Of a stretch of 64,000 nt of DNA, positions 35,687-49,804 are shown piece after piece. The position numbers were made by a program, and so were the translations under genes. The first letter of the stretch is position 1; each line of letters opens with the position of its first letter. The stretch covers positions 124,001 through 188,000 of the forward strand of contig JAAOMT010000129.1 in the NCBI GenBank assembly GCA_016748015.1, in the 5' to 3' direction. The notes below the pieces were generated by a model. The model saw only the letters and a program-made list of their open reading frames with translations, was not told the origin of the DNA and did no database searches. The DNA comes from Geosiphon pyriformis uo1. Lineage: Eukaryota > Fungi > Glomeromycota.

Positions 35687-38600
35687 ATGGCAAGTCCTCA
35701 AGTCTGGAACTTGGTTTTACAACTATTTATTCTATTTCTTGTTCAATTTTTGCCAGAATCTGTGGAAGCAGGTATTTTTTAAGTGTAATGAAATATATAG
35801 TAAAGATTAATCAGTTTAACAGACATTGAAATTATTTTCACATAGCAAAGGTCATAAGAAATCGACAAAATCAAAATTGTATGCAAAGAACCCAAACATC
35901 GTCGACAAACGCAGGTTGTTTTGAACTATCAACTACCAACTGTCCAGTGGATCGATCTGATTCTATTTCTGACTCCCTGCAATGGAATATCATTCCCGGG
36001 GACCTTTCGTTATCCCTGTCAAATGTTACAGACGTGTTTATCAAATCAGTCGATAATAAGTTATGCCTTGCAAGTGAAGTATCAGATACTGCTCAAGTTT
36101 GTCCATGTGATAGTGAACAGAAGGCTCAAAAATGGAAATTGAGCGGGGATAATCTTATGAATGGAAGAAAATGTTTGGGAATGGTTGGAAATAATATCGG
36201 AATGGATTCATGTCAACTTAAAGCTTTCCCTTTTCAATGGAAAATTTATCATACTGCTTCATGTAAAATAAATTTTTGGTATTATTGGTTTATGTTTTCT
36301 GTACTTTTCCCAAAATTTTAACAATTCCCTATTTTGAAAAATTTAGATGCAATCAACGTGTATACTGAAACTGCATTCACCCAAAGACCAACAACCCTTT
36401 CTATAGGCAGTTATACACAGAAAACACTTCCCCCTGCAATATTCTCTTCTGCTTTTTCTTTAGAAATTCCTCCTGGTTTCCAATTTGTAATTAGTCGCGG
36501 TAAGAAAAACCTCAATTCATATGATTCGGATATGGCTCAAACGGATCCAATTGGAGATCTCACAGCAACGATCGAAGTAAAGATTAAACCAGGAATAGTT
36601 GTTTATGAGCAAGCCGCTTACTTTGGTCAAAGTCAATTTTTTGAAAACGGTAATTCTTCCAGTGCGGTAGATCCATCTAATCCATGGTTGATTGGATCGG
36701 TAATGATTCCCGATGGGTTCCGTGGAATTATGTGGTCCTCCACAAATTTTTCTGGTGAAAATTTTGCTTTATACGAGCCTATCGCCAATTTTACTGGAGT
36801 TACAGTAGGAACATCCCAAGCCGAGGCTGGTAGCATTGAGATATCCTCTGGTAGATTATAATTATTGTATTTCTTATCCTCGCCCCCCCCCCCCCCTAAA
36901 AATTAATTTTTCTCAATCCACAGGCCTCTGCGACACTGAATGTGCTTCTGGTGGTTTTTGCTCGAGTAAAAATACCTGTATTTGTAAGCCTGGTTTTACC
37001 GGAAAATTATGTGACCAGTGTATGCCGGGATTTTGGGGGCCAACTTGTCAAGGTATGTAAATGCTCAGTTTCATTAATATTCTTTTAAATTTTGCACTCA
37101 AATAAAAAATAAATAAAACCTATCGTTGTTTTTTTAGGATGCCCTTCAAGTTGTGATGACTCGAAGCATATCGCTTGTGACGATGGCATATACGGAACAG
37201 GACTATGTAAAGAACAATGCAAAGAAGGTTTTTTCGGGGACAAATGCGACAAGTGTGCACCTGGTTTCTATGGCACTAATTGCAAACGTAGGTTTGACTA
37301 ATGAAATCTTTTAGCTTATAACTTTTTCTTATTAATTTCTTTCATAAATAGCTTGTAATTGCGGTAATGGGGTCTGCGATACTCGAGGAAAATGCACTTG
37401 TAACGCGGGGTGGGAAAGCTCTTCTGATAAAGATTCATGTTCCCTTCCCAAACTGGGATATTTTAGGACAAATGATGGTAATATCCAGGCATGTTCGCCA
37501 GGGTGCCTAAGTTGTTCACAGGATAGGTGTACCCAATGCGACGAAGGTCTCTTAGCATCAACTGATACTCCTACGATGTGTATCCTCAAAGTTGATCGAA
37601 ATAATAAAACATGTGACCGCGCGTGCGAAAAGTGTTATGGTGATGGACCCGACAAATGTTTCAAGTGCGCAGGACCAAAATACTTAATGGAGGGAAAATG
37701 TGTTGACACTCTTGTGCAACCAAATAATGGACAATGCTTAAATGAATCAAACGGATTTTACATTGCTGATAACGTGAGTGGGGTTTGTCAAGGTTAGTAC
37801 TTCGAGAAATTGGTATTATTAGGTTTTTTTTTTGAAATAATCAAGTTCCTGGTGTATTAATAACTTTATTAAATTGTACCAATAGCTTGTCCCAGCAATT
37901 GTTTAGATTGCTCCTATTCGACATTCTCCACTACGACTCCAATTGAAAAAAGAATTTGTACAAAATGCACGCCTGGTTTTAAGCTGGATGGTAATAATTG
38001 TGTGTTGGATTGTCCCTCTGGCAAATATTTTGATCAAAAAAAGCAGACTTGTGAAGGTAGATTCCAATTCAATGCTGAATTAATCGAAACCAAAAGCATA
38101 AAGAAATTCTGACATTTGTTTTTTTTATTTAGCTTGTAACGAAGCCTGTGCTAGTTGTAGTGGACCATCAAGAAAACAATGCCTTTCGTGCCCAAATGAG
38201 GCCAAGCCAGCCCAGTTCGCATTTAACGGCATTTGTTCAAATAATGAATGCCCATCGTCATACGTATCAATCAATACAACTTGTACAAAATGTCACCCCG
38301 ATTGTGCCGAATGTACTGGACCAAACTTGAATCAGTGCACTAAATGTCCATCTAATCGTCCAATTATGAACAAAGATCATCAGTGCATTGAAGTATGCCC
38401 TATGGGAACCTATGTTGACAGTGTTGGAAATTGTCAACCCTGTAATAAGGATTGTTCGTCATGTGTAGGTCCCGAAGAATATCAGTGCCTTGGTTGCGTA
38501 AATACATCCAAGGTCTTGGTCGGTGGGTCTTGTAGTGGCACATGTCCTTCGGGAACCGTAATCAATACAAGTGAAGGACTTTGCCAGAAAAAAGTGACCA

Positions 38601-39154
38601 ATAATGTTGTCGCCCCTATTGTTGAGAAGAGCAACAAAGAAATCAGAAAATTATTGCCGTGGTGGATTATTCTATTAATCACTGTGACAACACTTTTCAT
38701 GATTATTGGCCTTTTGTTCTTATTAAGATATTGCGCGGTGAAAAGACGGATGAAGAAGACGGAAAAATTCAAGGAACAAATAGACGAGAACACAGTTGCA
38801 AATAATATGACTGATTTATATACTCAAGCCGAATTAAATGGAGAAGTCAGCATATCACGACCAGAAATGTCGCATCGTCCTGTTGCAAGGCCTTCAATTA
38901 GACGGCATGAATTGAGCACTATCAGAGAAAGTACACCACCAGAATATAGGCCTGAAGATGAGGAGAGGTATTGGGGAGGTTTAAATAAGAAGAATTCATT
39001 TAAAAGCAAAATCGACCGGCGGAAACACGGAAAAGATGATTGGGAAGGGTTTGAGGCGGTAGTGCTCAATGAGGGAGAAGGGTCTTCAGGGCCAACCAAG
39101 AGACAATCTAATTCATCAAACAGAAGTTCCAACTGGGGGACAAATTGGATCTAA
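35687..39154 (+). CDS. Type I membrane protein: signal peptide, ricin-B-like lectin, beta/gamma-crystallin-like domains, EGF/laminin-EGF and furin-like Cys repeats, one TM helix, cytoplasmic tail
   Basis: Signal peptide MASPQVWNLVLQLFILFLVQFLPESVEA; QxW repeats (LQW, QKW, FQW) with KLCL/KCL; crystallin-like IVVYEQAAYFG..IGSVMIPDG..WSSTNFSG; CICKPGFTGKLCDQCMPGFWGPTC; many CxxC furin-like repeats; TM WWIILLITVTTLFMIIGLLFLL; tail with PPEY. Confidence 0.85.
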
Positions 39155-39402
39155 GGCTTATTATTTATCCTTTTGCATCAAAGGATTTAAATGTCACTGG
39201 GTGATTAAAAATTAGTGTAATATATTTAAAATATTTACAGGAATTCCAGTCTGTGAACTTTCCGGAAAGTCATATGACAAATTAAAATCATACGTAGCAT
39301 ATCTTTTAAAAAATTATTCACGTCTTTTGATCTTTAAATACTAGGCCGAAAAAACTATAATACATGCATGTAATACAGAATCTCAAGTTTACTTAAACCC
39401 GA

Positions 39403-39795
39403 TTAGATCTTGAATTGCTGTAGAACTTTCTATTTGAAAGCAGAGTTAATATGGAATCTCATTTAAAAATACTCAACCAAAACATTAGTATGCACCTCTA
39501 GGGCCATCTCAACGTGTTCCTTTCGGATAGTTTTTACGCCATCTAGCTGGGCTTCTAGACTTGCTTCTTCCGCTAAGGTTTTAAGGAAGAGAAGATAATC
39601 CAAGTAAAGCTTGAAGTTATAAAGGAGAAAGGGAAAGTTAAACATAACACCAAAGTAATTAAAGGCCTGGTAACTGGTTTGAATTGCAAAATTGAAATCT
39701 CAAACCATTAGATCGACGTTTTCGCTGAGTTGGGCTCCAGGATCGTGAGCGTTCAGAATTTTTTTAAGCGTCGTGCGTGGGTAAAGACGAGGCAT
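39403..39795 (-). CDS. CENPW: Centromere protein W-like histone-fold protein (3 exons)
   Basis: Spliced product MPRLYPRTTLKKILNAH...LSENVDLM-LYLDYLLFLKTLAEEASLEA...TIRKEHVEMALE-KVLQQFKI. Not present whole in the ORF track. Confidence 0.85.
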
Positions 39796-40233
39796 TTTTT
39801 TGGGAGGAGGTGGGTAAGAACAAAATTGAAATCAAGGTAAATAGCCGAAACTGCCGAGCTTTGACGCGTTGATCTTACGGCTATAAGAATGAGAAAACAC
39901 CAATATTGATAGTGTGATTACTGTTATTACTAGTTAGATATAAAACATAATTATTAGTAAAAATAATTTTTTGTCTTGTTATCTGAAACTATTATGTAGA
40001 GTTTTTAAAATTGATATTTTACTTAAACATGTATGTTAAAAATATCTTAAATTACACACATGAGTTTCAATCACACCTAGTATTGCCCAAAAATCCACGT
40101 CAAATTCATAGTACGGATAAACAAAAAATGGCAGATATCTTCTCCAACTTCAACCATTTTACATCGCCACCACCGCCTTTGATCATTGTCTTCTTAGCAC
40201 ACAAGCAATTAAATATAAGCGATCAACAAATTT

Positions 40234-41649
40234 ATGGCAACAAGAAGTCGTACTCTTCTTTTTTTACAATACCGTAACTCTTTTGCTCGGTCAAGTATCA
40301 ACCGACCATCTGCAACAACGGGCTATGATACTCATACAACAAACGAAAGAGCTGGCTTGATAGAGAGTACGGATCACGTTATCGAGTTAACGGTATTTCC
40401 ACCGAAATGGTACGAAAGCTGTTAAACTGTGACCGCATGAATCTGTGTGAGCAGAGTCTATTGTTTTAATCTTTTTTTACTGTAATCTATAGGGTTGACA
40501 TTGTGGACGATGTTGACAAAGACATTGAAGAAATTAAAAGACTGGGTAAGGCTGAGGTCTCAAATCTAATAAACACAAAAAGTCGTAACCAAATTTATTT
40601 AAAAAATTTACTCTTTAGTGACGATACTTGAAGGTTTACATAAGAAACATATCCTTCCTGGATTCGCTGATCGTTCCGTTGAAGAAGAGGAAATTGAAAA
40701 AATAACCAGGGATATAACAAAAGTAATAATCTGATTTCAAATGTATTTTTCCTTTTAATTTTTTATTTCTCATTCACTCCCATGTTTTTTTTACATTTCT
40801 AAATGAAAGCTATTTCATGAATCTCAACAAAAATTAAGGCGAATCGCTGATGAGAGCCGTTTGTCAGCTATCACAGGACAAGAACAAACCATGAGTAAAA
40901 ATATTCAAACGCGTCTAGCGACAAAATTGCACGATTTATCTTCAAGCTTTCGGAAGGAACAATCATCATATATGAAAAGTACGTTGCAGATAAGCAAACT
41001 TTTCTCAAACCATTTTCAATTACTATGTGCAATTCATAAATTCGATCCAGTGATCACTTTGCTCTCTCATAGAGTTAAAAGGACGCGAATCGCGCAGCTC
41101 CCCATTATTCTCACTAGATAGTAGGGACTCCTCGGATGTTACAAGTGACGATTTGGATTTGGTATGAAATCTCAGATTTTATTATTAGATACCTTACATC
41201 AACATTCTAGAGAATTTAAATTTTTTATTCACAGAGTTTCACGGTGGAGCAACGTGAGCTTGTCGAATCGTCAGAAGCGACAATAACACAACGTGAACGT
41301 GAGATTAATGAAATTGCTAAATCGATTTACGAGTTAGCAGACATTTTTAAGGAGCTACAATCAATGGTAATTGATCAGGGATCTATGTTAGATCGAATTG
41401 ATTATAACGTGGAACAAATGACTGTAAATGTCAAATCGGCAGCAAAAGAGCTAGACCAGGTGAGTATTGGTTACTGGGGAAGAATACTTCTCAAGGACAC
41501 AGCTTTCCTATTATTCACTCACGCTTCTTTATTTTCACAAGGGTGCACAATATCAAAAGAAAACGCGAAATCGAAAAATAATAATATTGTTGTTACTTTT
41601 AATATTTGGATTAATTCTAATACTTTTATTTAAACCACGAGGAAAATGA
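40234..41649 (+). CDS. TLG2: Qa-SNARE Tlg2 / syntaxin-16
   Basis: N-peptide MATRSRTLLFLQYR; PPKWVD; SNARE motif QREREINEIAKSIYELADIFKELQSMVIDQGSMLDRIDYNVE; C-terminal TM anchor. Confidence 0.95.
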
Positions 41650-42280
41650 TTTATAATTATGAATTCAAACTTTGTAAATTTCTTGATAGATTTTATCTTA
41701 GAAATGTTTCAACTACTGCTATCACCTAGCACCATTTTGTACAGTATTTACTGCAAGAGACATTGCCTTACTACACCATTACCTAATTTAATAATAAGAG
41801 CCACATTAGATTACTTTTGCAATCTTATCATATACAATAGTTGTTGTTCAACTGAAGCTATCTCTATATATAAATGTGATCCTTCCATTAAGGGTTGATA
41901 TATGGAATTTTAGATGTTAAGAATTACTGCCAAAATTTTCAATAACCTTAAATAATAAAATAATTTTCCCAGAATTCAATGGACATAATTTTCAAAGAAC
42001 TATCTTTGGTACTTTGTGATACTAAAGAAAAAAAGAATAATAGCAACCTCAAAGCTGGAACTTATCTCGTCCATTCATAGACTGGAAAAGGTAGTCGCAA
42101 ACTGCAGATCTCATTAAAGTATTGAAATCACACCTGGAAGCTATAAAAAGGCTTGATACAAAACAACCATTGTCAAATCGCTGATAGGTTCATTGTTAGT
42201 CATATAGCAATATATAATCTTACAAGAACAAAGAATTTATGAAAAATCTGGACTTACAACCCTGAGATCTCTCATCTCTC

Positions 42281-42695
42281 CTATTCCCATTTCCGCCACC
42301 CCTCAAACCGATTCTCCTTTACCATTTTCAAGTACTGTTCAGCCAAATGTCGACATTTCACCCAGTGATTGACGCCTTCACGTCTATAACATTTGCTGAG
42401 TTGTTGTTGCATAAGTCGAGTTTCAGCGATTTTGATCCATTGTTCTTTAATTGTGTATTCTTTGAATTCTAGTATTGCTATAAATCAATAGTATTCAAAA
42501 TTTGAATCAGGAGTTATATTAGTACAATTGGGATAGAACCTTCAATCCCATATTTGACTTATCATACTTGAAGATAACACAAAAATATAGTTTTTTTATA
42601 CCTTCAAAATCTTCCGGGTCTATCTCCGAAAGGTTTTTGTACTTTGGAGGTTTGTGTACGTATTCGCCTTTTGACTGGGAACTTCCGCTTGCCAT
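42281..42695 (-). CDS. NDUFB10: Complex I accessory subunit NDUFB10 (12 kDa, PDSW) (2 coding exons)
   Basis: Spliced product ...IKEQWIKIAETRLMQQQLSKCYRREGVNHWVKCRHLAEQYLKM. Exon 2 is missing from the ORF track. Confidence 0.9.
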
Positions 42696-42957
42696 TGTCC
42701 AGGAAAGTTTCAATGTACAATCTTTTGGATCTTGAAATCTTTTTCATTGGTCGCATGTGGGACAAATCTCTTGTTTACATCACGCACATTAAGATCGTCA
42801 CATACACATTCTTGCAAATCAATGTTTAAATTTCCCAGCAAATATGGGAAAATGTTAAAGCTATAATGATATGGAAAAACAGATTCCTGTAACCATGGGA
42901 TTCAATGGTTTAGAAGCTAATTTTAAATTTATATTTTATATCCAAATTGTAAAATTT

Positions 42958-44218
<1,261 letters not shown>

Positions 44219-44378
44219 TTTAGGTGAAATACGTTGATGACTCACTTTTTTTTAGATTGGCGTATTTGGTAATGCGTGTGGGAATATGGGGAATTTTTTC
44301 ACTTATCATGATAATCAGTATCTAACTTCTAAATTATTTATACCCCAAGATCTCTCAAAAGTCAACGCCACTTCCATA

Positions 44379-46281
44379 ATGGCAACGTCAAAAGAAATAA
44401 AGTCTAAAAGAGTTGCCATTATTGGCTCTGGGGTATCAGGTCTAGGTGCCGCCTGGCTTCTCAACGAACATTCCCCTCACACAGTCACTCTGTATGAACA
44501 AAATGACTACCTTGGCGGACATACGAATACTGTGGATTATGTTGTTCCCTCTAGCAAAGAAGCTGGTAGACCACTTAGTACGCCAGTGGATACCGGCTTC
44601 ATAGTTTTTAATCCTTTGAACTATCCAAATCTGCTTCGTTTTTTTAAACTTCAGAAAATAAAGTATATCCCATCGGAAATGAGTTTCTCGGTGTCTCGGA
44701 ACAAAGGGGAATTTGAGTGGTCCGGCCGTAATCTACTCACCGTGTTTGCCCAACCACAAAATTTATGGAATTTCAGCATGTGGAGGACCTTATATGATAT
44801 ATTTCGGTTCAACTTTCACGCAACTGAGCTATTGGAGTTGGCTGACGATCATCCTGAAAAAGCTATGAGTCTTGGTGATTATTTAGATTTGCATGGCTAT
44901 TCAACTTCTTTTCGGGATAATTATTTATTCGTGAGTTTTCTTTCGAATTTATATGTCATTCTCAGTTAGATTCTAGGAAAAAGTGCTATCTTGCTGAGTT
45001 TAAACTTTTTTGATGATTTAGCCGATGACAGCAGCGATATGGTCTACGCCAATTGACAAATGCGCATTGGATTTTCCCATATATACATTGATACAGTTCA
45101 TGCATAATCATCGTCTTCTTCAAGTACTGGATCGCGTGCAATGGCTCACCGTTAAGGACGGAAGGTGGATAAATGCTCACCCTTGTTCAGAGCAAATTTA
45201 ATTTGAACTGATTATTTCAAATTTTACCCGGATATATATCAAGTCGTAAATATGTTGAAATGATTGCTTCAAAGATCAATGACATTCGTTTGTCAACCCG
45301 TGTAATTTCTATAAGACGAGAAGTAAATTCGCCAAACTTTTCACCCATCATTACGCTTACCGATGATAAGGGCGAGCAAGAACAATATGATCACGTCATT
45401 TTTGCAACGCATTCCGATCAAGCCTTGAAAATCCTGGGAGACTCGGCCACATCAGAGGAAAAAAAAATTCTCTCTGGTATACCGTATAGTCAGAATCGTG
45501 CCGTTTTGCATAATGATTTATCAGTAAGTGTCGAGTATATGATTTAAGCACAGCTCAATATCTACTAAAAATTAAGCGACGCTGAAAAAATATTGGCCTA
45601 AAGTTGATGCCTCAAAGACGTTTGGTTTATTCCTCGTGGAATTATCTGACTAAATCCACTGGAACGTCTCTTAATATGAATCAAGTTTCTTTGTAAGCCG
45701 CAATATTCTTTCTTAAAATAATTCACTCCGCGGTAATGGCTAGCTTCCTATTTTCTTATATTTTTTTGAATTTTTGCAGAACTTATTCGATGAACATTCT
45801 TCAATCGATTGACGAATCCAGGTATGGACCGGTGCTAGTTACTCTTAACCCTATCTATGAACCTGACCCAGCCAAAGTGTTTGGATCATGGTATTACGAG
45901 CACCCAACCTATACAGCCACAACAATTGCTTCTCAGAAAGCTTTACCATCCATTCAAAACCTACCACACTTACAAACTACCTATACAGGGGCATGGACTA
46001 AATATGGATTCCATGAAGATGGATTTACATCCGGTCTAAAAGTTGCTGCTGAATATCTTGGCGCTAATCCCCCATTTGAAATTGTGGACGCGACTTATGT
46101 TCGTGGCAAGAAGTCAGATTTAAGCTTAATTGGCAAAACAGAGAAACTCGTTTGGCTAACTATTGAATGGGCAGTCTCTTTGTTGATTTATTTGTACACG
46201 TATGTGATCATGGTTTTGGAAGCCGCAACGAAACAAGTGCGGCAGTTACTCGATGAGATAGAACGTCGGAAATATGAGTGA
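44379..46281 (+). CDS. FAD/NAD-binding amine-oxidase-like oxidoreductase (COG2907 type) with C-terminal TM helix
   Basis: VAIIGSGVSGLGAAW, LGGHTNT, PVDTGFIVFN...YPN, EMSFSVS, YDHVIFATHSDQAL, GAWTKYGFHEDGFTSGL. An alternative upstream in-frame ATG lies at 44286. Confidence 0.88.
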
Positions 46282-47197
46282 CTGCCGAGCTTTTTTTTCA
46301 CAACCCTATTGTTGTTTGATTGACGATTTTCTTTTAGTTTATTCGTCTGATATCTCAATTTGTTCGTAATCCGCTAATGATTTTGATCAAATGATTTCTT
46401 TTTGAAATAGATATGCACTAGTTGGGATGATGATTTGTGTGGTTGCTTTATTGTATATCAAGAATTAAATTTTCAGTTCTCAGATTAAGTCGGAACCGCA
46501 CTGTTTTGGTAAGCTTGAACTGTTTTAATAAATTAAACATTATTTATTCAAAATGCTAATAAAATTTCGTCAAGCCAAAGAGAAAGAGTGTCATCAAAAA
46601 ATAGTTTGGAAAGATCTATGCCTAATTCACTTATTAAAGAAATTATTAATCGAACATGGTTAACCGTCAATAAAATACATTAGGTTGTATGATTAAAGGA
46701 GTCGCCCCTTGGATTAAAGAGAATCTGTGATAGGTTTTATTCTTACTGACCAATCTTAATATATCCCGATTTTCAATCTTTGATCAAAATTGAGGGAGTC
46801 TAGATTGAATTTTCGAAATCAAATTGTTCATTTTTGCTGCACGACATCCGTCCTAAATCATCATTCAGCGTACGAATCAGCTTCTTTCCCAAGTCACTGA
46901 TTACGTAGAGAAGTCTAAGTAAAATCTACAATTCTCAACGTGTTATCTATTACTAGTTAACAGTGGTTTTATTTAATCTCCAGAGTGGGACGGGGAAAAA
47001 GGACAACTTGCCGCACGATATCTGTTTACATATTACTCCTCTTGTCTTTTGACACCACTTCCTTCGTTTAAGCCGCCACAGCTTCCTCCTAATCCTCCTT
47101 TTCCGTTCGTGTGCATGCGATAGTGTACCAGTGCGTGAGTGTAACAAGCAAAAGGAAGACCTTGTTAGACCACCGCTAGAGTATATCGAACTCCAAG

Positions 47198-49804
47198 ATG
47201 AGCGGTGGTTATATTGGATCAAAGATCAGTCTCATTTCGCGGTCAGATATTCGTTATGTGGGTATATTGCACACTATCAATTCTGCAGACTCGACCGTCG
47301 CTCTAGAGCAAGGTTAGTAGACTGAAGCGTGAAAATTTTTGACGATATGTTAGGATGAGTGGGGTTTTTATTCTTGGTTCCTCTCTTCAATATGAAAGTC
47401 AAAAAGTTAATCAATAAATAATTAAAGCAAAAACTCACTTTAGCTTTTTTTTGTCTGAGAAAACTTTAACTTTGATCAAAAACACCATCATTCAACATCT
47501 TTAACCTACCTGCCATTGCAATTAACGTCAAAAAATAATTGAGGGTTGCTACTTGGAAAATTGATTCTTTTCTTAATGAGAAAAATTTGACATATTTTCT
47601 TTCAAATAAACATGCTTAACGAATACATTATCATCGTTTTTACTAGTTCGATCCTTTGGAACTGAAGGGCGTCGAGGCAACCCTGCTGACGAGATACCCC
47701 CATCTGAAAATGTGTTTGAATACATAGTTTTTAGGGGCTCTGATGTTAAAGATTTACACGTTTGTGAGGCGCCAGCTCAACAAACCTCCATGCCACAAGT
47801 TCCTAATGATCCTGCTATTTTAGGGGTAAGAGAGCTCTCACATCAATTATGAAAATTTAGGGCATTGCTCATACACAAAATCAAATATTGAATTATGTTT
47901 GCCCGTATTATCTTTGACTTCGAGACTATGATGAAAACCTTCGGATGTCACTAAATATCTGAAGCGCAAAAATCGTTTTTTATGTTGATATTACCGTTGT
48001 TGCCTTCCTTCTGATCTTCGAAGAAACATTTTATCTGGTTTATTTTATTATTTAAAATCTTTTCAAATACTAACCAAAATGAATCTGGCTGAATCCTTGT
48101 TCAGACTACCGCCCCTCGAGCACCAAATTTTCAAGGATTTCCACCACCCCTTGGTGTTCAACCTCCAAATTTTCCTACAGCACAATTAAATCCATATTAT
48201 ATTCAACAAGCTGCGGCTGCAGCTGCTTATCAACAGCAACAACAGCATTTTTGGCAGCAGCCACCAATTACACAGCAGCAACAGGTTGGTTTAGCTTTAC
48301 TCGGATTTTTTAGTATTACCTGGGAAATAAATTTTCCTAGTGCTGTGATACACCTATCTTACTTGATTATATTTTTTTTGAATCTTGATCCCAAATAAGT
48401 TGAATCTCACAGAAAATCCACCCAAGGAAGCTGAACAACCAAAACCTCCGCCACAGGTGTGAAGTTTGATCAGAGTCCCCAGTAATTTTAATATAACTCA
48501 TATGATTTACTATTATAGAAAGAGCATGCCGGACCCGATAAACCTGAAGACTACAAAATCGATGGCACTCTTACGTCGAGTAAGAATCTCAGTAAACCGA
48601 GCTCAAACACGCGGTCAACTGTTGGACAACAGGCCAGCATTCGGAGTGAAGCTATCAAAGAAGTATCATCAACCGTAGCTGTGGAAAAATTAGTTAAAAA
48701 AGTTAGTGAATTAAGTGTGAGTGCCAAAGAAACTAATGGAGATCGACAATCACCCGCTACTTATGACCGTAACTATTTAATCCTCATAATTCATCAATCC
48801 TTGGCTATTTATTTTCTCGTTTGCAAACTTGAAGATCTCTTGGTTTATTAAATTTTTTTTGTTCTACAGGTCCTTCAAGCAGTGTTGAGCCCACTAATAA
48901 TAACAATAGCAGTAGTAGTAGCAGCATTACTACCAACTCCATTAGCATTAATAGAACGTCAGGAAATAGCACAAGTAATAATCGACTGCCAGGCATGGGT
49001 GGACATCTTGTACAGCAAAACCGTAGAGGGCGTGGTGGCCGACGGAGTTATAATCAAAACTATGATCGCAACCGAATTCCTGTTCCAGCCTCAGATTTTG
49101 ATTTTGAATCTTCCAATGCAAAATTCAATAAAGACGAAATTGTTAAGGAAGTTGTCAAAAAAGTGGTTCATGATGTTAAAGAAGAGGAAAGTATTGAGAC
49201 GCACGGAGGCACAGAAGATGAGGAGGAGGAAGATGTTTTGATACCACCAGCTGAAACGTTTTACAATAAGGCCAAATCTTTCTTCGATAATATTTCTTGT
49301 GAGACGAAGGAACGTTTAGAACAGCAAGGTCCTGATGGACGGTAGGTTTTGTTAATGTTGCTGCCTCAACTAGCTCAATAATTTTGGGTATCTTAAGTCT
49401 TGAGAAGTGTGCAATTGTCAAATTTGATTACCATTTTTTCTTTAAGACGAGGCTTATCCGTTGCCGAGCGCAGACAAAAACAATCGGAAGAGAGACGGTT
49501 GAATCTCGAAACTTTTGGACAGGTCTCCATCGACGGTGGGAGGTATCGTGGTAGCCATCGGGGTCGCAGTTATAGAGGTGGAAGAGGCAATTATCGTGGT
49601 CGTGGTGGCAGCAGTAGCGTTCCTGGAAGTGGTGGTGGCGGCGGTAGCTACAGGGGATCTTATTCTAACAGCTTCCGCGGTAACAGCTATCGAGTAAGCC
49701 TCATTTTATCATATCAATGTTAATCTTAAATTTTTTCGTTCATTGATTATATCAATATACATTCCCATGAATTCTTTTAGTCAATGCAAAACCAAAACTC
49801 ATGA
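47198..49804 (+). CDS. SCD6: Scd6/LSM14 (RAP55) P-body decapping activator (multi-exon)
   Basis: Lsm domain [42 protein letters not shown]; [11 protein letters not shown]; FFD box SFFDNISCE; TFG box LNLETFG; RGG tail. Confidence 0.96.
47921..48020 (+). ncRNA. snR52: Intronic box C/D snoRNA, snR52/SNORD83-like (18S rRNA Am420 guide)
   Basis: C box ATGATGA 47928-47934; D' CTGA 47959-47962; C'-like ATGTTGA 47982-47988; D box CTGA 48011-48014; terminal stem CTTCGAGA/TCTTCGAAG. The D guide TGTTGCCTTCCTT is complementary to the conserved 18S AAGGAAGGCAGCA. Confidence 0.88.
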
